DNA of 64,000 nucleotides from Mytilus trossulus (Eukaryota): NCBI RefSeq assembly GCF_036588685.1, contig NC_086381.1, positions 56,978,001 to 57,042,000 of the forward strand, read 5' to 3'. Shown piece by piece: positions 52,726 to 64,000 of this stretch (position 1 is its first letter; each line of letters starts with the position of its first letter). The notes under the pieces were generated by a model. It saw only the letters and a program-made list of their open reading frames with translations, ran no database searches and was not told where the DNA came from. The position numbers and the translations under genes were made by a program.

Positions 52726-55700
52726 AGCAACATACCTATGAAACCAGGTTCAACCCAACTTTTTGCTCTGGAAATGTTCTGTACCGAGTCAGGAAAGTGG
52801 CCATTGTTATATGATAGTTCGTTTCTGTGTGTGTTGCATCTTAATTTTGTGTTGCTGTTGTGTCGTTGTTCTCCTCTTATATTTCATACGTTTCACTCAG
52901 TTTTCGTTTGTAACCCGGGTTGTTTATTTTTCTCAATCGATTTATGAATTTCAAACAGCGGTATACAACTGTTGCCTTTATTTGGTTTTAAGGATACGTT
53001 TGTAGTTTAGGTATCCAAAACATTGATGGAAAATCAAGTTCTTTATCTTTGGTTGAAATTTCTAAGGACCATAGAACATACCTATGATTATCCCGGATTG
53101 TCCCTTTGGTAAATTTTGTTTTATGCCTATCCAAAATCAGAGTTAAAAAATGTCTTTAATCTGTCCTCTGATTCATGCACCAGTTATCATTGTTGTGTCG
53201 ATATGTTTTACACTGTGTTGGTACATCATTGTCCACGGTTTGAGAATTTTTTAGGGTACACATATGAGTTTAAATGCTTGTATCGAGTCACAAGAAGTTG
53301 TCGATTGTTGCTCTCTCTTATATTTGCTTATTTTTTTTTTTATCAACATCACTAAAATTATCATTAGGTTTTTTTTCACATTTTGTTATGCGGTGTTCTT
53401 TAAAACTGTATACGCAGTATGCTTGATGCCCATTTTTGAAGTATGTACTATTATCTTCGTCCTCCGGTCGATAGTTGATTCATTTTTAATTGTTTGTAAG
53501 TTGATGGTGGGAGTTATGCCGATAGTGAATATTCAATAAAACGCCATGCGTATGATACACGCACATCTGAATTTCTGGTAGCTCGCTATAAACTATTGTA
53601 AATCTCCACACAAGGACATGCCATCTTACCCGGACACCTTAACCGACTCAACTCCGATCAGTCGTTGTTCTTTTATCTAAATGTCGAGAGTTTAACAGAA
53701 AAAAACAGCTAATAAAGATGCATAGTCTTTGGTTTGATCCGGTCGAAGTACAAACAAATGATCCCCGTTAGAAGAACACGCTACACTCGACCCCTAGACC
53801 ACCGAGGGCGTTATTCGTTATTTGACAATCAAGATATTGAGTTATTTCCTTTTAGAGTATATTAGATCTGCAAGTGCTTGAAACAAATATTATTTGAAAT
53901 ATTGTGTAATGTCTTTGTTATCCTGTGTACCTTTAAATTTGTATTTACAGCGATTTATCAGAATAAAGTATTTTTTCAAACAATAAAGTATCAAATTATA
54001 TATTAATTTTAGTTAATTTGTTTTTTCAGTTGTCGACATTCAAAAGTAACAAAAAATGTTCACATTGTCGCAGCCGTGGTAGGAACTTGTAGAGCTGGTA
54101 AAATTGGCGTTGATAAAAATGGCGTTGGAGGAATGTGCGTTGGGAACCATGGTACACCTCTGTTTATAAGGTTTAAAAAAGAAATATTTATAATAATCAG
54201 GTATACAGTATACAAATTTTGATCTATTGAAAAACTAGTAATATCATCGCAGGGCATACGTTCAAGGTGTGTCTTAGATCATTAAAGAGCGTATAACGTA
54301 ACTGATGGACAATAGATACTCAAATAATGTCCAGAGTTGTTGTTTTCTTTTAAAAATATTTAACTTATTATATAACATACAAATAATAACAATTTCCATT
54401 GTACACATACACCTTTTTGCATCCTTGGTTTAAGGTTTTGACATCTTTCATTCGAATTATCTTCCTGAGAATTTGATAACATATCCTTTGAACTGGATTT
54501 TTATTTGGTTCATACCGTTATTTTTATAAACAGTAGCTGTACAGATTTCTACGTTTATATAAGATTTGCTATTTGACGACCAGGTACATATAAAATAGTT
54601 TAACGGTATCGTGCATCTAAACGAACAAAGAAAGATTAAAAAATAACATCCAATATATAAGTTGTATTTGTTTAGAGACACCTGATCATGAGCTTTGTTT
54701 GTGTTTATATATTTTTAATTTAGCAGTCTGAATGTTTGTACTTTCTATCATGTTTGTCGATTTCATAAATCATTGCTTTTAAATTTCATTTCAGCTAATA
54801 TATGCAAGGTAAGAGCTGGTTTATGTGTTCATAGTACTTACTGTATGCTGATTGAATTCGTTCAATTTGTTGAATAAAATTAAATGGTATTTGAAAACTA
54901 TTAATTAGATTAAATCCGGTCATCGACAGTAAACAAGCTTACTGTATCTTATCTACGACTTTCATACTAAATATGCTAAAGTTCTATCTTTTGTCTCACA
55001 TAGATCTTTTTTTCTTGTAAAGTTATTTTTCATTTTGCGCTGAAACAATAAAATAACATGAGGTTATTATTTTAAATTTTACTCACATTCGAATAAGTCC
55101 ATTTTCCCTCTGTACACTTTCAGTTACCTTCAGTTTTTCTATGTTGTGATGTTATACTATTGTTTCAGGAAAAGGGAGAAGGTTTGGTACCATTAAAACG
55201 TTTAATCCCGCTGCAACTGTTTGCACCTATCAGGAAGTTGTAGTTGTCGTTTGTTTAATATGTGATTTATTCGTGTTTCTCGTTTCTCGTTTTTTTTATA
55301 TAGATTAGACTGTTGGTTTTCCCGTTTGAATGGTTTTACACTAGTAATTGGGGGCCCTTTTAGCTTGTTCTTCTGTGTGAGCCAAGGCTTCGTGTTGGAG
55401 GCCGTACATTGATCTATAATGGTTTACTTTTATAAATTGTTATTTGGATGGATAGTTGTCTCAGTGGCGCTCATACCACTTCTTCCGATATCTATCTATA
55501 TATAAATGAAAACAGGGAATGTATCAGAGAGACAACAACCTCACCAAATAGAAGGAAACTGCCCCAGTCCAACTGATAAAGATTGATCGTCATGGAATTT
55601 AATTTTACTATTATAATCAAGATAAAAATTTAACATTTGAACATCTTTTTTTCTTTTTCTTTTTTATTACATTCAACATGCTTTTTAATATAATTTGTGG

Positions 55701-58700
55701 TCCGTTAATATTCGTTGTATACAGCATGTACAACTTCTGGTTTCACACTGGAGAAAAGTGCCTATCATTTCTTACTCCGTTCCACATGTTCCACAAGCTA
55801 GTCGTGATTTCAAAAATTACCTGCAATACATAAGGTCTTGCCGTTTCACATTCTGACCATCTAGATATAATAAATAAAAAATACAACAACTGGTTCCCTG
55901 CAACATTATTATACTAGAATATGTACCATCAATAAAAGTCAGTCAAGAAAATAACATGTCATTCAAATAATAGAATTGAGAATGGAAATGGGGAATACCC
56001 GTTTAAAATGTAAAACCACCATTGTTTTCCCTATTATTCTGTGTTAAATTGATCCTTATCTAAATAAACTGCCGAATTTATGTTTTTTTCAAATGAAGAA
56101 AAACTTGGCATGAATACAGTTTTATTTTGTCTAATACAATAATGACAATTTCAAATGGCATGCCATTGTATACAAAATCATAACCATCACCGGAAGTAAA
56201 CCGATCAAATGTTGACCCTTTTTTTTCTTGTATAAGCTTAAGTAGGCATGTAATCTGAAGTTTCCAGAAGATTTTATAGAAACATCAAATTAAATAATGG
56301 TGCTTGTAAACACCAACGACATATAATCAATACTAAGACATATTTTTTTTCTGAAAACAAATATAGGGTTCATATTACTGTCAAGATCAAGGGAACAAAC
56401 TGTTTGGCCCCTTTTACCTATGAAACCGGGGATGACATTGTTTAATTTGTTGTAACGATCCACTACAGCAGTATCGGAAACACCTTAGTTAGGAAAATTG
56501 ACGAGTTAAAGGTCTTTATAGAAGATCACATGTCAAAATTTTATTCCAGGGTAAGGCTCAAATAATTCCAAAGAATGAAGACCTTTACTTTTAATATCCC
56601 TCTCGGATAATTAATCTTTATAATGTCGCTATTAAAATGTAACCATGTATATCTTATACTCTAACTATATATATTTTAATTTAACGAGTCTGAATTTCTT
56701 TCTATTCTTTTAGAACGTAGACGTAGACTATATGACTATTAAACAAAACAAAAACATACACATTTTGTAACAAAATAAATACTTAAGTCAAACATTGAAA
56801 ATGAAAAGAAATTCAAAGTCAACTTACTAGTTAGAATGTTTTCTCTAACTAAATAAATATTGTCCGGACGTAGTTTAGATATCCAATTCCGGACTTTCGG
56901 GTCTGTTCCAGCATACCGTTAAAACTCGTTGATTTTTACTGGAACAATCGAGAATCGAATTTATTGATCAAGTTACTATTATTATATAGTTTACGTCTTT
57001 TATTTGAAATAACTTATTAAACCACCAAAGCACTGTACATATTGTGTATATGTTATCATCTAGGCTATTTTATTGATTGTTTATGAATTAAGGAATATGT
57101 ACACTAAAATAGTTATCAAAGGTACCAGGATTATATTTTAATACGCCAGACGCGCGTTTCGTCTACATAAGAATCTTCAGTGACTAAGTTTCGGAAAAGT
57201 TCAACAGTTCACTTCGAGGTTCGGAAAAATAAGAATATTTGACAACGTGGTCTAAAACATGATAATACCAGATGTCACGTTGCAAGGGATTTGAATTGAC
57301 GATATTGAACAAAACCATATTTGTGTTTGATTATGGCCTTCATATCTACTATATAATCTCCTATAGAATAATTATAAGATCAACTTGATACACTTTTTCG
57401 AGAAAGACAAAATCCACCGCAAACGCTACAATGATTGCGTTTAGCTCTCATATATGAGTGAAACAATACTTCTAAGCCAGTATTATGACTTGTAAAGGAT
57501 CTGTGCGACAAATGTGTGAGGCAGTGGTGGTTTCAAGAAATGATCATACCCGCTTATTAATTCTTCAAACTTCAATACCGCATAATAACTTTGATCCGTC
57601 TCTATTTCATCAATAAACTGTATAGAGCGCTGATAGTTTGTGTTGTGTTACGTAAAACGGTTTGAAATACAAAGATTTTAAACCAATTATACAAAACATG
57701 TAATGGTTAAATTATTGGTTTTATTGTGTGTATGGTTTTACACTAGTCATTGTTGAGGGCCTTTACAGCTTGTTGTTCTGTGTTTGCCAGGTCTCCGTGT
57801 TAAAGACCGTACTTTGACATATAAGATGAATACTACTCTTTATTTGAATGTCGATAATAAAGACAAAATCAAATGGAAGTATATTAAAACAATATTACGG
57901 GAGAAACTCATTTGCATACGTCAAACTTCTTCCGACGCGACAAATTGGTGCGGTCATATAACGAGTACACATGTTAACTTTGAACTAACAGTTCAACTGT
58001 TTTCCAAATTAATCTAAGCTATTTTGGTATCTAGAACTGTGAAGTAAACATTTAGTTCTTTGCCTTAGGTTCAAATTTAAAGGACCAAACTATAGAACTA
58101 TAGTTTTTTTTTTAGAATATCCATCTTAGAAAAAAGTCGGTGGAGTATTTGTTTGGTTTCCAATTTAATACCAGCTATGTTTATCAGAAAGTTTGGGGGA
58201 TATTATTTACTAGAGACAAACGAGTTATCAAGGGCATCGCAGCGGGGAAAACACCATATTTGCCATGTAAGAAAAGCTCTAGTTTGGTATTTTGTACATT
58301 GTGTATGATAGTAAAATGAGTGTTAAACGACTCACTGATATTTTATTTAAATTGAAAAAAATGATTCCACAGATGGTTGTGAGGCATAATGTTCGACTAT
58401 ATTCATTAGTTTTTTAGAAAGTAACTGTGTGAGTCATTGATATGTTGACTCATTTGCAATAACAAAAACTATCGAGAATGATTGCACTGAATGGTCGGAA
58501 ATATTTTAAAAGTCTTTAATTTACATTTATTATATTGCTATCGCTTTGGTGTCAGCTTACCGGATGTTACCTAGATGGAATTTATAAACACAAAGTTGTT
58601 GGTGGCATTATGTTGGCATGGACAACAGCATATTTGTCACGAAGGAAATATAATAATTCTGTCTTTAATGAATGTTCATAACATTGTTTAAAACAACTTT

Positions 58701-58946
58701 TCTAGTGCTGTTAGTAAGATCGGTTCAGTCATATGTTTAGAGTACGCAAAATATGATATTTCCTTCTTAACATCAACAGCTAAATGAACAGCACTGGATA
58801 AACTAAAAGCAAACTTACTAAACAGTAATGCATTGTCTGTATTTCAAGTCTGATTAGTCAAAGACTGACAATCGTTGCATTTGTTTGTAATTCCTCAGAC
58901 TTTTCGGATGATATTAAGATCACAATGACGGTAACACACAACGTGA

Positions 58947-61805
58947 CTAGTGATGCTGTATCTTGGAATCGATACCAGGTCTTATACCGCCACCTGCACT
59001 TCCTGATCTACATTTATTGTAGGAACAAGTAAATCCATTACAGCAGTCATTCTTTGAATTGCAATCTCTCCCTACACAAATTTTACACAGTCCAGAAATG
59101 CAGCTATAACCATTACAGCAGGGAATATGTGGGCAACTTGTATACCCACATACTGGAGCTCTTTTTACAAGCCTAAAAAACAATATGAATTCGATAACAT
59201 ATTTATCACACATAATAACCCCATCATAGATACAAGGCTAAATTTGTATAGTAATGATTGATGTATAACTTCGCATTTGGTGAACAAGCGCTACCTGAGA
59301 AAGGACACCATACTGCATCGTATGCACCAACACAGGTGTAAGTGTATTATACGTCAAACACCTATAATTGCCTAATCCTATGTTTGTCCGAAAATGTACT
59401 TTCAGATCTACTGGAAGTTAAATTCGAATGATTAATATGGGGTCAATTATCTTATATCAAGTATTAAGCATACAGCCTCTTGATTCGATTTGACCCAAAT
59501 ATGTGTATATTATAACGGTTAGTATTCATCTTAAGATACAATAACTCAACAGATCTATTCTTTGCTTGATGAATGCATATATATTTTTTTTCTGAAATCA
59601 AAGTCAAATGGGAATCATTGATACATTATCAATAATAAATCATTTTAACAAGATAAAGTTGTTATATGTATTCTTATTGACCAGGACAGGTTGATGGACA
59701 AATACTTTTTTTTTATTTGCATACGATATAAAGTTTATTGATGTCATGTCTTTTGATAAATTAATAGTTTTTATCGTTGAAGATTACACTAGTTAAAACA
59801 GTTTGCTATAGGATTTGCATGCGCTAATGTGCTCTTAAAGTGTAGGTAGATTTTGCACCACATGAGACAAGTAATCAATTATCGAACCGTATTTCACCTC
59901 ATTTGCATCGTACGTGACGTAAGTCACTGTCAACGTCAAGCAAATATATCACACTCTCTTATTGTGTATGTTTGTCACATCATTAAATGAATTATGTGTT
60001 ACTGAGTATTCGCTAGATTTGTATTTGACAGAAGCAATGTAATTAATGACTTCTGATATAAGAAACCTCTTCCTGTAATGTTGGTTGTCTTATCGGGTAT
60101 TGTGAAGCTATTGGGATAAATGCAGTTCTTTCTTTTTCACTTTTGTTGAAATTTGATATGTGTCTTCCTTGTTTATATTTTGTTTATACATAATTTCACG
60201 CAAAATTCTTAATTACCACAATGTATGTCATCATGACGTTTGTTATTCCATTTTTTGTTAGTATATCATTTTATATTGATAAAAAAATCGTATAATAAAA
60301 AAGCAATGACTGAGGCTGTTTGCCTTTTTTGTGCTTCTTTGTTACATTTGTTTGTTTTTATAGTGATGAAGATGATAACACAATATTGACTGATGTACCC
60401 CCTTTTATGACATGTTTACCTATTGTGTCGGTTTGTCAATATAATCGAATTTGATGCGACTATTCGTTTAAAGTGTACTTACGTATGTATATACATGCTG
60501 TCTTTGGTCATTTCGTCATTTGCCTTGTTGGCTGAAAGTAATGATAATATGCTTTCATAACATTGACACCTGTTTTTCCAAGTCAACTCCAAACACTTTA
60601 AAAATTAAAAATGAGATATATTCTAGTTCGTGTGCACATCAGTGTCATAAGAATAATACTGAGCATTTATGTTATTAGGTATACCAATAGCTCAACACGC
60701 TGTTCGATATCCGCATAGATTATTGCTAGACTCAAATTGTTCGAACGGAATAAGATTTTAAAAAAAACTCTATTGTCTTCGTTTATTTACTTTTATTGTA
60801 TGCGTTGTTTCATTTACGTTAGTGTGTAACCCATATATCATATGTTTTCCGTTACAGGTGTTATAATTGCGATGTTAAAGAACACAACTAAATTCAGTTG
60901 AGTGTTAAAAAAAGGAATCGAGATACGTTTTATATAATTAATAAGTTATAGACCGCGAGCTGTTTAAAATATGAACCTTACATTGTAACTAAGGTAAGCT
61001 AGCCAAATACCATTTCTATCGAAAGTCAGGAAAGGCAGATTTCTCATTTTATGTTCTGAATTCATACCTATCTTTTAAACAATGTTACAGATAGCTCAAT
61101 GCAACTGTAGTTATCGAATCTTATCACAGATATCCAAGTTATAAACGTTATTAACTTAATCTGTCTTTAGGTGATATGACCACAAAACACATACAAGTTC
61201 AACTATTTAGATTTCAGTTTAAATTACTATTTGTTTCTGTTATCATTTGGTTAGTTATTGGGTTAATATTTGGATGTAGTAATTTTACGATATTTTGCTC
61301 ACATGTCGTTGTCAATATCTTTGAATTCTAATCGATTGTGAAATGTTTGGTTAGCTATACAACTAGGTTTACTCCACAATTTTCTACATAAGGAAATGCA
61401 TATACGATATCAGATATATGATATTTGTTATCTATTCATTCGATGTGTTGGAGTTTTTGGTTTTGTCGTTTCATACTGTTCAATTGGGAATTCCCTATAA
61501 GTTTGACATGCTTATTGTTACTTTTTTTGTATGCAAGACGCTTATTTGGTATTCTATTATGTTATATTCGTTGTTTTCAAAAACATGCTTTCTTACGTTC
61601 CCTATCAAAATACAAACAGATAAGGATAACCACTGCACTCCATGTTCAACGTGTTTTTTTTGAACGAATGAGTCCGTATTTTTGAGAAGAAAATGAAATT
61701 TTACAAATAAGGAATAAAACTGCATGTTTAGACTTAAAATATTATTGTCTTACCTCCAACAGACACCAACACTACCAACAGAACTAAACATTTAGATATC
61801 TTCAT
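58947..61805 (-). CDS. CRP-I-like double-module cysteine-rich pre-pro-peptide, gene 4 (subtype A), 108 aa; coding exons 61805-61754, 60531-60483, 59172-58947
   Basis: 52+49+226 nt, canonical splice sites: MKISKCLVLLVVLVSVG-ANKANDEMTKDSMYIHT-LVKR-APVCGYTSCPHIPCCNGYSCISGLCKICVGRDCNSKNDCCNGFTCSYNKCRSGSAGGGIRPGIDSKIQHH*. Confidence 0.9.
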
Positions 61806-63325
61806 AATGATTGTGTATTCTCTGCTTAATACTACAACACATAATGTAATTTTAAACATACTTAGAGTTCCTCCTTGCCCTTTTACATGTTTTTTTCTCT
61901 CACCCAATTCATCACACAGTGTGACGTCGATGTATATCTTTTGAGCTTCTGTGCTTGATTTATGTTTGCCGAAATGACGTCTGCATTGCATTCAAAACAT
62001 GTTGACCAATAATACATACAGTTTGTTCGTTATCTGTTGTAGTCAATAAAGTATATATTGGAAATACTGTAAATATTGTATTGACATTTTTTCATGATAA
62101 TGTATTGTTGTGAAGAATCATTGGTGGAACTTTTTGTGAAAATTATCAGTGCAAACAAATAAAAACACTCATAACATATCCCTTAACAGCTTTTCATTAG
62201 AAGAAACAATTTAAATGACTCTTTATAAAATCATTTTATGTTGGTGAAGTAAACCTTACTATTATATATATTGCAGTCGTTTTTCATACTTAAAGATAGG
62301 TTGTTACAATAGGTTTACAATTAAAAGGATAACGGTTTTCAATTTTGTTTCTAAGCTTCATTATCATTATTCTCCGTTAATCTATTAGTTTCTATGCAAT
62401 GATATCAGAAGTTTAACTGGAAATTTAATTTCCAGTGTTTTGTAAAAGGCACTTAATAATACTAAAAATGTTTGATCCTTTTAAAAAAACGGTTCGAATT
62501 AATTAAGTGACTTTTTTTTAACTGATCACAGTTCTTATATGACGCTCTTATTCGCTTATTCGCTTGGTCCTGTACGTATACCAAAACTATGTTATTATTC
62601 ATGTAAAATAATGGGTATACGTTTTTACCAGGATAAAAAAAAAGTTTTCAGATGTATTGTGCACGATTTGGTTATTTCTACTAGTGTTGCATGCTAGAAC
62701 TTTCAGTAAACTATATTTTATGTATATGTACGTGTAGTTGTTTATTGTTTTAGAGATACACGATTAGTAATCAAAAACTATATGGAACAAGAAAGAACAT
62801 TTTTACTATGTCAGATCAAAATTTGTCGCCGTTCTATCTATGTCCTGTTATAATGGTGACAGGCTTCACTTAACAAAGGTTCTATATTTTTTCTATAAGA
62901 TTCTCAACATTTTTTTCATTATTCTATGTATTCTGATTTAAACATGGTTAGTAATTATGTTTTTCTTATTTGTTTATCTAGGTGTTACGCCAAATATAAC
63001 GATATTGACGCAATAACTGTCTTCCCCTTTTGAACGAGCATATTGCTTGAAATAAGATGGTTCTGTCAATAAAATTAATATACTCGTTTGCATAGTAGCG
63101 GTTGCCTATATGAAAAATAAACGCTAGTTAATGAGATAAAAATGAAGAAGCACTTTATATTATTAATAAATAATATTTTGATTCACATTAATTGTTAATA
63201 TTATAATACATGCTAGTGGCATTTTTATGGAAACACGCAAAACTCTATTTCAGTTACTTTCTTGTTTAATAAAACTTATAAAGTACTGAATTTTATTATT
63301 GTAATGTTAATAATAATTGACTTAC

Positions 63326-63391
63326 GTAAATACAAACAGTTTTGACTCTGTGTAAATCCTTCAAATGATAAGTGTGTTCGCAGCTTTTATA
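63326..63391 (-). promoter_or_regulatory. TATA box (TATAAAA) and non-coding exon 1 of gene 4
   Basis: TATAAAAGCTGCGAAC ... AC|GTAAGT, nearly the same as the gene 1 block. Confidence 0.7.
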
Positions 63392-64000
63392 CAGTTGTAC
63401 ATGAGTGTTGTCAAATTAAGTTGAATGGTGTGTCCTGTTTGGTCGTTGTACTGAAAGTTACGAATTAACATGATTGACAACTTTAAATCTTCCTTCTGAC
63501 AAATTCCTTTGTTTTTTTCTTTTGTTTTTGTAACTACGTAGATCTTAATACTCTTACAAAGCAATAATATGAAAGGAAGACTTTAATCAATATGTGCGTT
63601 GCTGGTGACTCATTATTCGAGAATTTATATGTTCACGTATCTCTATCAGAGAAGCTTTGTGTCGTTTGTCAAGACAATGACATCAGACAAACAATATTTA
63701 TCACATGTTTTGCAGACTCTTATACAGGGTACATAAACTGACATTCCCGTCCTTTTAGATTTATATTAGCCCTCATCTGAGACAGTCATATTATAAATCT
63801 TGTCTGAAACCTTAATTACACTTATTTCACATTTACGGATAACCCCTGACTAAAAAAAATTTTCAGCACCAGCTTTTTGTTAAACATTAACCATGCAGTG
63901 TAGATCATCAGTACATGTTGTTTTTGTCATGGTACAATAAATTATTTTAAGTTTGACAGATATATGTTTTTACACGCAAGAAATATATTTGCAATAAGTA

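Noticed and set aside
26704-59172. Calling the peptides defensin, mytilin, myticin or mytimycin
   Set aside because: Adjacent-CC six-Cys modules with an N-terminal pro-region do not match the cysteine arrays I recall for those families

Overview
AT-rich, intron-containing, repeat-dense eukaryotic DNA; the repeats and genes point to a mytilid mussel (Mytilus-like, inferred). The genic core is a cluster of four intact minus-strand paralogues (26.7-63.4 kb) that the ORF track only catches in pieces. Each has a TATA-like box, a short non-coding exon 1, a 52-nt signal-peptide coding segment, a 49-nt pro-region exon and a last exon. Spliced, they encode 104-109 aa pre-pro-peptides. The mature part after L(V/I)KR is two tandem C-C-CC-C-C knottin-type modules joined by two residues, followed by a Gly-rich tail. 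They resemble the Mytilus CRP-I (MgCRP-I) family in multi-domain form and split into near-neutral (A) and strongly cationic (B) subtypes in the order A-B-B-A; the two B genes come from a ~5 kb tandem duplication. The rest is mobile DNA: a 5'-truncated Ngaro/DIRS-type tyrosine-recombinase retroelement flanked by an unusual 179-bp duplication, an intron-containing Crypton interrupted at its start codon by a LINE, a Tc1 element, Harbinger- and Kolobok-type non-autonomous elements, Helentron-like satellite-carrying elements, Penelope-like remnants, SINEs and MITEs. All exon boundaries and alignments were read by eye.
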